A DNA stretch of 62,746 nt, the filler included, from Rhabdomonas costata (lineage: Eukaryota): the NCBI GenBank assembly GCA_019059605.1. It is 39 parts of 39 records of this genome, joined end to end, with 100 filler letters (N's around TTAATTAATTAA, not from the genome) between each part and the next. Parts side by side here need not be neighbours in the genome. Positions count along the whole stretch, not along the records: positions 11,299 to 12,809 come from JAHMHO010014143.1; positions 12,910 to 14,421 come from JAHMHO010014144.1; positions 14,522 to 16,032 come from JAHMHO010014145.1; positions 16,133 to 17,643 come from JAHMHO010014146.1; positions 17,744 to 19,254 come from JAHMHO010014147.1; positions 19,355 to 20,865 come from JAHMHO010014148.1; positions 20,966 to 22,476 come from JAHMHO010014149.1; positions 22,577 to 24,086 come from JAHMHO010014150.1; 31 more parts are not named here. One strand, written 5' to 3'. Below are positions 11,657-24,429 of the stretch, piece by piece (position 1 is the stretch's first letter; each line of letters opens with the position of its first letter). The position numbers were made by a program, and so were the translations under genes. Under the pieces are notes generated by a model that was not told the origin of the DNA, searched no databases, and saw only the letters and a list, made by a program, of their open reading frames with translations.

Positions 11657-12800
11657 GTGGTTACTACTGCCCTGGAGGCCAGACCCGGCCCGACCCGATG
11701 CCCTACCAGTGCCCGGTGGGGTACTTCTGCCCCGTGGGCTCGGCCGCCAGTCAGCCCTGCGCGCCGGGCTGGCTGCAAATGGTGCGGGGGATGCCCTTGT
11801 GCGACCTGTGCCCCGCGGGCTTCTACTGCGACCGAAACCAGACCTGGTGCCCGGGCACCAACGCCACCACCGTTGCTCGCCCGTGCCTCGCGGGGTACTA
11901 CTGCCCCTTGGGCAGCGCGTTCGCCACCCAAGTGCCTTGTATGTTTGCTTGCTTAATTGCTTGTGTGGTTGCTTGCTTGCTTTTTCCTTCCTGCTTCCAT
12001 GTTTCCTTCCTTCCTCGCGCCCTTCTATGATCAAGGTACTCTGCACAATTCAGTTCTGAAGGCGCACCCCCCCCCCTTCAAAACAACGTCTGCACAAAGT
12101 CCCTTAATGCCGCTATTCTTGCTTCCACACACACGCAGACACACACACACACACACACACACTGTTCAGTCGCCTCTTTAAATGTGAGCATTGCTGTGTT
12201 TTGATCTGTGTGTTCCCACTTCAGCAAAAAAAAATTCGTATCAGCATTCAAACACTACCGTGTTTTTCTTTTTCATCTGAAAGAAGACAGGAGACAGGAA
12301 CCGGAAGGGGTCAGGTTTCCGGCCTCTGAAAACCAGCTGCTATTGTTCCCTGCAAAGTGAATCCTCTGCATGATGAGGGTCAATGGTCAATTAAGACTAA
12401 TCTGGACTCTCCCAACAGTGGAGTGTCAAAAAAGGGGGGGTGGCAATTTCTCCCTTTTGTAAAACGCGTTAGTCGAAAAGCCCCCCCCCTTTTTTTGGAC
12501 GAGTTTACCGCCGCAGAGGTTGTATCACATGACCGTTTCGGGCGGTGCCCTGTTCGCTGCGGGAATGGCAGTGATGGTGGACAGCTGTGGGCATGTTCAA
12601 AAAAGTTGAAAGAGAAAGACCCTTCTGCTGCTCGTGCGTCGGGGTGGATTTGCACAACCGGTGCACGTGTGGGGCTTAGGTCCCCCGGGGACGTTCACAA
12701 ACCTCACCAGCCGCTCCAACCTCAGCGACTGCATCCCTTGCACGCCGGGGCAGTACTGCAGCGTCTACGGCCTGTCCACCCCCACCGGCCCGTGCAGCGA
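11657..12800 (+). CDS. Cysteine-rich repeat (GCC2/GCC3, ephrin-receptor-like) surface protein; exons 11657-11938 and 12680-~12800
   Basis: Repeated CPxGxYC units: GGYYCPGG..CPVGYFCPVGS..CPAGFYC..CLAGYYCPLGS..VPC|PPGTF..CIPCTPGQYC; GT-AG phase 1. Confidence 0.9.
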
Positions 12801-13368
12801 CACAAACCCNNNNNNNNNNNNNNNNNNNNNNNNNNNNNNNNNNNNNNNNNNNNTTAATTAATTAANNNNNNNNNNNNNNNNNNNNNNNNNNNNNNNNNNN
12901 NNNNNNNNNCATGCCCACCAGAAGGAACCAGATCGGGAGCTGGCAGCGATTAGGTTGAGCGCACATCAGAGGAAGCCTGGTGCGGGTGCAGGGGCAGCAT
13001 GCGCAGGGGCAGCAATACGAGCTCAGGGATGGGTAAACGACGCCGGTAGGCTCAGGCGAAGGCACGGGAGGCATTGATTCCAAAAGAAAAAGGGCAAGCG
13101 GATCTGAAGCAGGAATCAACAGGAGGCATGATCTTACTGAGCTGAAAATGCTTCGGAGTCACTCCTTTCTCCTCTCGGCACAATTGCCGAAGGGAGCATG
13201 AATTATGGTCGTATTGTTCACTGTTGTTAACTAAAACGTGTTGCGCAAGATCTCGAAAGGTGGGTTTCCTGGTGTTCCAAAACACGAAGCTTTCACAAAC
13301 ATGGTACTTTGTGACAAAATTCATATCACCCCCGAAATTCTTTATTGCGCTGGTGGACAGAAACAACT

Positions 13369-13590
13369 TCACAGTTCCACAAAGGGCAGCTCCAGCCCCG
13401 TCGGGTACTTCGCCATCACCGCACACAGCGGCAGCGGGCCTTCGGACGTAGTGACTGGCTCCTTACCCTTCCTCGCACCCCTACAGAAGGTTTCCAAGGG
13501 CGCCATGGGTAGCCCGGAATGAACACCCGAGAAACCGTACTGAGCAGAACCCGACTCATTCGTGAGGGAGTGGAACGCCCCCTCCATGGC

Positions 13591-13627
<37 letters not shown>

Positions 13628-13779
13628 GCGACTGCGTTGGCCGCAACATCGACAGCAGCATGTCTGCAGTTCTCCGCGTACTTCCGGAAAGCCTCTTCGT
13701 CTCCCTCGTCTCCCGGCTTCCGGGCTGCGGCTGCAATACACGACGGCGGTGGTGTCCCGGATGGCACAAGGTTTGTCTC
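13369..13779 (-). CDS. Terminal exon of an unknown protein with a poly-Ser tract encoded by an (AGC)n microsatellite (13594-13626)
   Basis: Acceptor TTGACAG| at ~13780; open frame with GC-rich third codon positions to TGA; no domain recognised. Confidence 0.5.
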
Positions 13780-16700
13780 CTGTCAAAGTTTGGGGTGGAA
13801 AATGCCTTACGGTGCGCACAAACAAAAGAAACCTCCAAGCGATCAAAAGTATACACGACAATTTGTTAAGAGAAAAACATGCATTTTTGTGATGGGTTAC
13901 CGCTAATTACTTTTTTTAGAAATGAATCCCAGGGGATAGTGGACGACTCCTCTTCCCCTTCTTCCCCTTTACCCCTTTACCACCACACGTTACGGGGAAC
14001 TATGTATACTAAATATACTAAATATACTATACATAGGAAATGCGCAGAAGTCGCGCAGAAAACAAAGCAACACAGAAAAAGACAACTGGAAAGGAGCCGC
14101 TATGTGCAAATTCCGCAAAAATGGACATACGAGCTGCGCTAGGAACCGTCGACCAAGAGGGAACGCTGGGACCCGCAAACGGAGGTGATGAGTCGGATAC
14201 CACCCGACGTTATTAGCTCATCAATAAGAAAACTCCCGGATCCCACGCAGACTCGTGGAACTCAAAGGTCTCAAAGGAGAGGGCAAAAACGTCAGAGGTG
14301 ATGAGATTTTCCTGAACTGACACATTCGGGGTTTGTTGTCACAGCACGTGTGTATTGGGCGGATATTCTGGCTGTTCCTTGGGGGGGGGGGCTTTCTTTC
14401 TCGCAGAAAGCCCCCCACCCCNNNNNNNNNNNNNNNNNNNNNNNNNNNNNNNNNNNNNNNNNNNNTTAATTAATTAANNNNNNNNNNNNNNNNNNNNNNN
14501 NNNNNNNNNNNNNNNNNNNNNAAAGAGCGGAGGTGGGGAGGAAGGAGGTAGCGAGGTCTGGCTTGCACCCTGTTTGTTCTTGTGCGCATCACCTCACCCC
14601 CACTTCCAGCGACTTCTGGTTCTGTCCACTGGCCTTTCTTCCGTGCTGATCGTGTCTTGAGGGCTTTGTGGCGCGTCGGTGGCTGACCTGTCAAAACCGT
14701 ACCGAAGTTCTAATCTTCATATGAGCACAAATCTCAACAAAATCTCAACAATCAACAATCTCAACAAATAGTTGCCGGTATATATCATATCCGATTTTAT
14801 CCGTTATCTTGGTGCATACAAAGCTCGGAGAACCACCGGGTTGCTATGAGACTGCGCCAACAGCACTCCTCTTAACTCCTTTTATCGACCCACGCGCCTG
14901 CAGTTGAGTACTCTGGCTTCAATCTGGGAGTGTATTGCATTTGCCCCACACCCATGGAGCTTCTGACCGTGTGATGGGGAGTTCGGAATTTTTCTATAAG
15001 AAATTATGGTGCCCTTCAGATCCTTCACTTTCACCCTGGGCGATCCGGTTTTTTTGCCGCCAAGAGGGGCAAAAGATACCAGGAGCCCTTCGCCAGGATC
15101 ACTGGCATGACAGTGTCTTCAGACCATCGCCGGTGACCGGGAATAGCATGTTGGACATCCCTTTGCATTAATTAAAATTGGACCCAAAAAAGGATTTAGC
15201 AGGAGGGGGAGAATAACCAAACCCTTATGTTAAGCCCGGTTTCAGCAGCAAACACCCACACCTATTTAGAAAGCCGAAAAAAAAATACCAAAACCCCTTT
15301 GGATCCCTTTTCCTTTTTTTTTGGATCAAATCCGGGGGAATGGGAAACAACAAGCGTTTCAAAGCAACAACAAGTCCAGCAATGCCAAAGCAAGCAAGCG
15401 AGCAAGCAAGCAAAGAGGACCAGGGCAATTGCATGCGTCCTTCGAACCTCGAGTGTCTTCTTCCGCCTTGTACTTCTACTTCTGGGGTTCTTCGCCTTGT
15501 TCGGCTCTTGGGCTGCGCGTTCCCGTCCATCCTTCCGAGGCCTTCCTCGTAATCACAGAAGCGGCGGCCGCGACTCAGGGAACAGCCCTTGTTTTCCGGC
15601 TACCCCCCGAAAAGCACTCGACCACCGCACTGCCAGAGCTTGTCCAACATAACTGACCGTCGGGCGCCACGGGCGTCCCGATGTTCGGCTGGGCAACGGG
15701 CACCCCGCTGACACCAACCCTGGTCCGACCCAAGGGGGGCAATGGCCGGAACCCGGCCGGATCGCAACACCCTGCACGGAAAAACGCGCCAGAACCGGAG
15801 TGGTTGGGCACAAGTTTTCCGGGTTTTTGGCAAAAACAACCCCTTTCACACCCCTTTCACAACGAAAACGTGCCGCCGGGGGTGTCGGGTGTTGGTGGTG
15901 AACCCTTGCCTCGTGGAGCTGAGCTCCGCGGGCCCAGGGGCTGGCCCGCGGTCAAGCTAGTCCCGGGCATGGTTCAACAGCACGTCCTTTTGGTGTCCTT
16001 GAGTGGGCGGGATCTTTCATGCCTTGGCTCCGNNNNNNNNNNNNNNNNNNNNNNNNNNNNNNNNNNNNNNNNNNNNTTAATTAATTAANNNNNNNNNNNN
16101 NNNNNNNNNNNNNNNNNNNNNNNNNNNNNNNNAATGCAGGAAGAAAAGCACGAAAAAGACAACGGGAGTTGTGCAGAGAAAAGACAGTAGCAATGGTCAA
16201 GGGGGAATGGCCAAAAAGGGAATTTCGGTAGTGGGAAAGAGTATGTGTTGTGGGGTTATGTGTTTCCTGGCAAGAAGTGATCCTTGGCCTAGAGGAGACA
16301 TTTCTGACATTATGAGGACCGTTACACCATCCCCCACTAGTGGCGGAGGAGCCCCGGAAAAATTTAAGGGGCGACTAATGTCAGGAACGGTGTGTGCTGT
16401 GGTGTGGCCAAAAGAATCCTTTAGTCGGGGAAATGGGTGTGAAGGGCACAATAAGTGCAGCAAAAGTGGTGCAAATGTCAAGTGCAGTGTACATTTGTGT
16501 GTGCATGTGTGTGTGTGCTGTTTTTCTTTATCATCAGTGGCATCGGGCGGGATGTCCCGGCGGCGCCCAGGGCTTACTGGCGGGCTGGGGTACTTCCGCT
16601 GCTGCGCGCATGGGCTGCTGCTTGGCGGCAGGTTGGCGGATGTTGGCCGCACTCTGGCTGGTAAAAAATCAAAGAGGAGACCGGAAAGACAAGCAAAACA

Positions 16701-17743
16701 CACACACACGCGGAAAGGTGGTGCAGCAGTGGAGTGGAGTGCCTGAAAAACACAAATGAGCATAAACTTAGTAGCACAAAGAAGAGAACGAGGCAAAGCA
16801 CGGTTGTCACAGTGGGTGTGGTGTCGCTGAACGTGTTACACTATCCCGAGTTAAAACTTTACACTACCGTTCTACTCGGTACCGGTTCACATCCCCCGGT
16901 GCCTAATTACCAGGGGTGGCTTTCCTCCGGGGCAGCCGTCAAAAGGGGACTTCCTCAGCTTCAAAGAGAGATGGAATACAAAGTTTTACCACGGGTACGA
17001 GGACTAGCCTCTGGGTTTATCCGTTCATGAGCTTCACCACTTGGTCGGCTGGTGGGTCATGTAGTGTGTCTGCGGTGCACGAAGCACGACAGGTGGTGAT
17101 ACGAGAGGCAAAGAATGGCAGAGAAGCTTCTTGAGAGCAACATGAAAAGAGTGGACAGTGACAGGCTGAGTTGGTGTGTGTATAAATTGGCAAAGTGCTA
17201 TGCTGGAATTGTGTGAAAGGGGGTGATGATGATGATTTTTTTGGGGTAAATGTAGAACAATGTGGAGTTTCGTGCACCAAAGTCAAGCTAACTACACTTT
17301 GCTGTAGGTGAGCACGGTGGACACAACAGAGGTTTCCAGTACTGTAGTGCGGTAGGGTTGCCATGACAGCGACGTATGTCATTGGTTGTCGAATGGCGTT
17401 AGCAAACCAACCGTTAGTTGCGCACGAGAGAAGAGAAACAATGGTACGATGAGTTGCGCAGCTGCTGACCGATGAAGTCGTTGGGTCGGTAGGTCGCATG
17501 AAAACTGGCAGCTGAACAACAGAAAAAGAAATCAAAATCTCTGAGACAACGCACCGTCGACAAGAGAGAAAAGAGTACCACTACCGCGGAAAAGATTGAG
17601 ATGAGCGGATCCCGCGCCGAGACGCGCGCGACTACACACCAACNNNNNNNNNNNNNNNNNNNNNNNNNNNNNNNNNNNNNNNNNNNNTTAATTAATTAAN
17701 NNNNNNNNNNNNNNNNNNNNNNNNNNNNNNNNNNNNNNNNNNN

Positions 17744-19254
17744 GCTGCTGGACGGACATCTGGGAGTTCACCAGGGCATGGTACCTGGGGCATTGCGTGA
17801 ACAACAGACATACGCACGTGCGATGAGACGAAAGAGCAACCACCACAGAAAATACGCACCTTGTGTATGGGTTCACTTGCAGGCTTTCTCATCCGGTGGG
17901 CTTTGGATTCACTCTCCCGCAATCGTGGACGCGGCGCACACATTTCACGCAGTTCAGACGCATAGATCTTGCTGGTGTGGTTGAGGGCTTGGTGTATACC
18001 CATTCAAACCGCGCACGTCCTTTTGGGAAGGCGCGGGGAGGCAGGAGGCTTTCACCGCTCCCTCCCCTGACTGCAGCTGCTGTTACTGCGGCATCCCACC
18101 TCCCCTTGTCCTTCTGTTCGACCCAAGTGAGCAGATGGGAAGACCATCGTGACAGATACTCACTTGCGAAACGTTGCCACACACACACATTGCATCATGA
18201 GCCTGCTAGCCTTGGCATACCGCAACACCCGCCCAATGTCACAGCCGGTGTGCGCACGCACGCTCTTCCCTTACGTGCGGGAATAGAAGGGGAGGAGTGC
18301 TGCATCCACTTATCGCAAAAACGATACGTTTGAACGGTGGCGGAGGTGGGGTGGGGGAGGCAAGCAACCTGCCGTGCAGCTCCACCAGCTCCGCGTGGGT
18401 GCCGCTCTCGACCACCACGGTGGGCGCGGCCGGGGCGTTGTCGTCCACCCGGGCGCGGGGGCGGTCCAGAAAGTAGATCCGGTTGGACCCCGCAATGGTA
18501 ACCAGCCTGGGCGCACAGATACAGCAAAAACACAAACTGCCAATCAAAAGGCTCGCAACCTATCTAGCTAAATCGCTCAAAACCCAGAAGCTCTTCGGGG
18601 AGCTTTCAGTCACACAGACAATACCGCTTCCCTTGCGCAAAAAGCAGCCGTTCTTGATATGTTGACATGAGAGTGTTTTTTGGTCTTTCCCCTTGATGCA
18701 TTTCCCATTCTGTGGAGGAATAATGTTAAGACCCAAAGGCAGCTTCCGCCTCCCACCGTTCCCTTCCTATTGTTTCGATGCGGGGATTTCAAAAGCCGCC
18801 CCACACCTGTGAGCGATCGCGAGCACGGTGCGGCCCTGCATGGCGTTCTTCAAGGCACGCTGCACTTCCGCCTCCGAGTGGCGATCCTGTACCCGTGGAT
18901 ACGGGGGAAATAGTAACCAAAGACCAACCACATTACATTCTCAACCCAAAAAAAATTCAAGCATGCGATGTTCGGCATCAGACCGGATGAGCAGGAAAGT
19001 TCACCTGAGGGAAGTGGTAAGTGGGGTGGGGGAACGGTGAACAGACGCACGCAAACGAAAGAACGGCGAGAAGGATAGAGGGAGTGGGAAGGCATTCAGA
19101 TATTGCATTAAAGCCACTCAGTGACGATTCAGCTCCCCCCACCCTGGTCTGCGCATATGAAAGGCATGGCATGCCAAGGCACTGGTGGCCTCGTCCAGAA
19201 GAAGAACCCTTGGGTTGCGCAGGATGGCCCGGGCAATCGCGACGCGTTGCCTCT
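17744..19254 (-). CDS. ABCB-type (MDR/TAP) ABC transporter, end of the nucleotide-binding domain; exons 19254-19175, 18886-18807, 18506-18369, 17784-17744
   Basis: [66 protein letters not shown]...[24 protein letters not shown] (Walker B, D-loop, H-switch); first intron is GC-AG. Confidence 0.95.
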
Positions 19255-21990
19255 NNNNNNNNNNNNNNNNNNNNNNNNNNNNNNNNNNNNNNNNNNNNTT
19301 AATTAATTAANNNNNNNNNNNNNNNNNNNNNNNNNNNNNNNNNNNNNNNNNNNNTTGTGGGGGGGGGGAAGCGACGGATGAAAGCAAAGGGATGCTGGGA
19401 ACGACAGAGTAACACACAAAACTCAACAGAACACAAGAAGAGGGAAATAGGAATTTCAAAGCAAGTGCTGGGCTGAGGAGGACACCATCACCTGAGGAGG
19501 GGCTCGCGAGTGAGCAATAGCATGTTCGGACCTTCGACCTTCTTCCGTGAATTTACGAGTCCCAGCTGAAAACCATGGCAAATCTAAAGACTCGAATTGG
19601 CAGTGCCGTTCACTCCATTCCACCTAAACTGCGGGAAAGCAGCTTTCGGCACCTTCCTTCTGAATGGGTTCGTGCCTTTCGTGCCATCGCTATGTGGAAA
19701 AAACCCAACCTCACACCGCTGCGCGAAAAAAAGTTCAAGAGGCAGAAAAAAAGACGGGCTGCCCACCCGCAACGCAAACACCAGCCAAGGGTGCAATGAC
19801 GGGCGCGCATCGATTTGGTGCAGCTGGTCCCTAAAAAAACGGAAAAACGCCAGGACCACAAGCAAAAGCCGAAGAGCCCTGCAAAAAAATATTCTTTGGT
19901 GAAAATTTCGCGGTCGAATTTGGGCGTTTACACCTCTCAATCCCATTTCCCTGATTCTTTGTTCCCCAACCTTCTTGTGCTGCGGTTCCATTTGGCATGC
20001 TGGGCTATGGGAAATAGACATTGCTATCCCTCCACCCAGCAATTCCAAGCGGAAAGAAGGCAACCACAGGGGAGAGGCAAACACAACTTAGGGTAAGCGA
20101 GAGGGCTACTCAGTTCCCCGTTGAAAAACGGTAATGCTCCGCACGCTGAGGGAGGGAGAACGAGAGGCGAGGGGAGGAGGAGGGGGAGGGGAGCCCTTCC
20201 TCCCTCACGACGACCACTCGGCACACGACGAAAAAGCATCGAAACCCTGCGCTATTGCCATGACCTCCAGGACAGAACGCTGACGGAACCAGAACTTCCC
20301 ACCCGCTAATACACAAACGCCTGACTTTTTTCCGCACTCCCTTCTGTCGAAGCAGAATGTAGGTGTGTTCACGAGAGCTTCGCCGTGGCCAGCGCCATCT
20401 GCAGCTGCTGGATTTGCCGCTGAAGCTCCCCAACCTGAGAAGGGTACATGGCATGGCACGAAACAACCACTTTGGTGGCAAGCTGTGTTGGTAGATCTCT
20501 CCAATGAGAGTGGGGAGTTTGGTTTAGGCACGCCTTCAGCCCCATCCCGTCCCTCCTCTCAGAGTCACAGCAAGAGCCAGAATTCTAATGTATAGGTTGG
20601 CTTCATGCAAAAGAACATAACACCATCCGAAGCCGAGTGATGATAGCACAGTATATCCAACCCCAGCGCTCGGAAAGCTACATCACCAGAGCGAAAGTGA
20701 CAAATTTTGTTCTCGAGACAAATAAGCAAAAACGGTGTCGCAAGGCGGACACTACCTCCATATATGGAAACGCCGCTCTGGTTACAGGCATCCCCGCGCC
20801 TGAAAATAGCCTGTCCCAACTGTACGGCAAGCCACTTACACAACCAAACCAACCACACCCAACACNNNNNNNNNNNNNNNNNNNNNNNNNNNNNNNNNNN
20901 NNNNNNNNNTTAATTAATTAANNNNNNNNNNNNNNNNNNNNNNNNNNNNNNNNNNNNNNNNNNNNTGTTGGGTGTGAATGAGAAAGAGGGGGACGAGGCG
21001 AAAGGTTAGGCCTTGGGATTTGCGCTGATGTCCATTGTAGCAATGACATGTGCAATGTGTGATGTATGTGTGTTCCGATGTGGATGCGGAGAAGGTTGCT
21101 GCTGTGTATGTGTAGGGCGCGCGTTGGCGCGGCTCACTGGAAGACCTATCTGCTGTACACATGGTATTCATGGGCCTGGGCTGCCCTGGCTCAGGCGTTT
21201 GAGCTGAACTCCTTCCAAGATTGGGTTGGTGAGACCCAGGGCAGAACGTCTGGGCTGAGTTTGGAATTCTGTCGCAGACCGAAACCCCCCGCGAACCTCC
21301 GTGCACTCTCTCTTCCCCGGTTCAGCATCAGGAGAAACAGAATACAGGCAGCGAGGATTCGAGAGGCAGTGAGGATTCACTTCTTTTTTCATTGGAAATA
21401 TAAGACTTGTTCAGTTCAAAAAAAAAAGGTATGAGCAACTGACTAAATCCAGGTTCAGTTTAACTTGAGGCGGTGTCTGTTGCTTCCTGTGAGCTTCCAA
21501 CCACGACCGCAATGTGTAAATTTGCAGACTTCCTTTGAAAAAAGATCGACATGTTTTTTTGGGGGGGTTACAATTTCAGTGTTTGATTTTCTCACCGGAG
21601 AAGCCCGAGGCCCACATTGCGCCAGCCGCAACGTTTCAAAGGAACTAGTGATGCGGCGTCAGTACCCTGGGATGATCTGGGATGATCTTACTAGGGAAGG
21701 GAATAAGCTCGGCTGTGATGGGTTAACGGTACAGAACGTTTAACGCCCCCTGGTCCCAAAGAAAAGAATGTCAACAACCCCCCCAAAACAACCTGCAAGA
21801 CGATTTTATTGTGCATTTTGTGCTTCTTCTTTTTCTTCTTCCGGGATATACTTACCCCAGAGAAGCTACGCAAGTGGCCGCTCTCGGACTCGGGCTAATC
21901 CAGTTGCTGAAGTGATGATGTATTAGTGTCCTTCCTATTCAGCGGATCGTTCCAGGTTGTACCTGTTATTTCCTTTTTCGAATGGCACAG

Positions 21991-22476
21991 TCGGCCACTG
22001 TCCAGGCAGAAGTTCACGGGGAGCAGTTCCAGCGGCCCGTATTTGGCCACAAGGGCGTCTTCTCTGTGAGGCGATGCCTGCCATCCACTGCGGTGGCGGT
22101 GCAGGCGTGCTACCGGCTCATCCACTCCTTACCCATGCCCAAGCTCCTGCACAAGGTCACTTTAGTCTGTGATCTATACCTTGCAGAACCTTGATGTTGC
22201 CGTAATATAGAATTCCTCGTGCCTGCAGATGTTAGGCTGCAGACACATTCACACACAAACACGCAGGAAGAGGACAGGAAGAGCACGCAACTACAGAGTG
22301 ATGTGCTGGCACGCCTGCAGATACCGGTGCTGCCCGTTCTCCCATCCGAAGGGAAATCCACGTTTCCGCGAGAGGAGGCCCCGGCCCTCCCATTGAGGCG
22401 TGTGGAGCTTCAGAGACCAAAGCAGCAATGGAGCAGCGTGGCTAGCCGTTGGAAAAAAGCAGCTGTACACAAACCC
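21991..22476 (+). CDS. Exons of an unknown protein (21991-22155 and ~22243-22476)
   Basis: AG/GT-bounded GC-rich open frames only; no homology recognised. Confidence 0.35.
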
Positions 22477-22939
22477 NNNNNNNNNNNNNNNNNNNNNNNN
22501 NNNNNNNNNNNNNNNNNNNNTTAATTAATTAANNNNNNNNNNNNNNNNNNNNNNNNNNNNNNNNNNNNNNNNNNNNGTGTTTGTTTACCCTTTCTCTTTC
22601 TTTTCTCTCTCTGTGTGTCTATCAATTGAGGTTTCTCAGAACTTCCGCCCAGCAGCAGAGTGGTGATCTCTTACCCGGAGATGCTGCCCGGCAGCGGTGG
22701 GGCATTTGAAAGCCCCCTGGAGGCAGAAAAAACCTCCACCAAAGCAATGTCTTGTGCACGTAGTCTGTGTCTCAAATAATTGCTACCTTCGTTAATCAGG
22801 CGCCGCGTGAGATTTCCTTTGTTGGTGAAAGGAACTCATGCAAGTCTGTGTTGTCCCAAGGCGGCTTGGTGCGAAGGCGTGCCGCCGTCTACGCGGATGT
22901 GGTTACCTGTGCTTGGTATTTGTGCACATGCCTGCACAG

Positions 22940-23941
22940 CTAGCAAAGGAGTGCTGGACCCCTCGGACATGCAAGGGGTGAGACTGTGGCTGACCATTCT
23001 GGTTGGGTTGGCCTCGCTGGCCCTGCAGCACCCCTTTCTGGAGACCAAGTGCCGGTGCGCCGTGAGTCAACAGTCTTCAAAAAGAAATGTGAAGAATTGT
23101 ACTTGGAGGGTGAAAGCGCGGCACCTGGCAGCGTCGTTCTCAAATGCACCCACAGTGCACAATACAAACAGAAGGGTGGGGAAAGTTCCCCAAGCAACGA
23201 CACCACAAGCAGCAGCACAACCCAAGTCACTAACCACTCCACCAAACATAAAGCTACGCACTCTTATTAGTTGTACACCACTGTGCCTCCGATTTTGTGG
23301 GCTGACTCACCAAAGTTAGCAGGTCATTATTGTTAGCCCTGCAACCTCATCCATGCGGTGATGTGGTGTTACTCTACAGCGCGTTTGCATCCCGCCCGCG
23401 CGAAAGGCTTGCTCTGCTGTGCTCTCTTTGGATCGCGCAGCGGCCTCTCTGCGGTGTTTGAGCTGCTGATGGGCCAAGGCAGCTCTCTGGAGCTCGAGCT
23501 GTGGAGGCTCGCGCTGGGAGGGGTGGTGCTTCCGTGCGTGGAGACCGCACTGTCGGACTACGCGTCGTGCCTTCCCGCTACCGCAGAGCCGGTGTCTCTT
23601 CCCTGTCCCCCTCCCCTCTCCTTGTTGCAGTTGGACTCATCCTCACGCGTGCGGTGCTTGGTTCCAGATGTTTTTTGTGCAAACAAAAAGGCCGGTTGAA
23701 CTTTTTGTGAAGAGTGTCTCCCGCAAATGCTCTTTCCATTGCTTGGTTGTTGGTTTTTTCTTGGTTCACAGCGGGCGCTCTCCCTCCCTCTCTTGCGTCT
23801 GGTGTGGGGTCCCTGTTTGAGTCCTCTTTGACACCACAAGGCCAACGATTGGCACGTCCGTGTCACGGAGCTCTCGCTGCAGTTCCTGGGTGACCTACTC
23901 CGGCGGCACTTCGATGTGCTGGCTGAGCTCGTGCCCGAGAT
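22940..23941 (+). CDS. BIG/Sec7-family large ARF-GEF, C-terminal HDS region; exons ~22940-23054, 23441-23591, 23841-~23941
   Basis: VRLWLTILVGLASL..HPFLETKCR|GLSAVFELLMGQG..LELWRLALGGVVLP..|ANDWHVRVTELSLQFLGDLLRRHFDVL parallels the BIG1/2 pattern W.PIL..LS...DVRTRGL.V.FE....G...W; phases consistent. Confidence 0.8.
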
Positions 23942-24276
23942 GTTCACTCTCTTCGCGCGGTGCGCGGTTGCCGGTATGCTCGGCAGGCTCCCCGCCCCTC
24001 CCAGAAACGTACGAACACAACGAAAACTTTCGCGTTAATACTGAACTGAGGAAATTTTTCAGACGATCTGAATACAACAAAAAACANNNNNNNNNNNNNN
24101 NNNNNNNNNNNNNNNNNNNNNNNNNNNNNNTTAATTAATTAANNNNNNNNNNNNNNNNNNNNNNNNNNNNNNNNNNNNNNNNNNNNGTGTGGTGGGGGTG
24201 GGGCGGTGTTTAGGCTGTCTTCCCGCCTTGGTCCTACATAGGTGGAGGTGCGCGGGGAAGCACGCGAACGGGGCAG

Positions 24277-24429
24277 TCAGACACTTGGGGAGGAAGCCTC
24301 GCTGCACTGCGCGTCAATGTGCTCGTTGATTCGGTGGGCGGGGACGGTGCGTCCGCACATGGGGCAATCCACAAACTTGCACTCACGCGGCTGGGGCTGG
24401 GGTTGGGCCCCGGAGCGGGGAAGTGCCAT
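24277..24429 (-). CDS. UBZ4 (Rad18-type) ubiquitin-binding zinc finger, probably the first exon of a DNA-damage protein (WRNIP1/FAN1-like)
   Basis: VDCPMCGRTVPAHRINEHIDAQC fits C-P-x-C-x8-I-N-x-H-x-D-x-x-C; ATG at 24429; possible GT donor just before the stop. Confidence 0.75.
   Translation of the reverse strand: MALPRSGAQPQPQPRECKFVDCPMCGRTVPAHRINEHIDAQCSEASSPSV

Noticed and set aside
13586..13770. Plus-strand MAPLLLLLLLLLLLATALA signal peptide
   Set aside because: Probably the antisense reading of the (AGC)n tract; the minus frame is longer with a better codon pattern. Not fully excluded.
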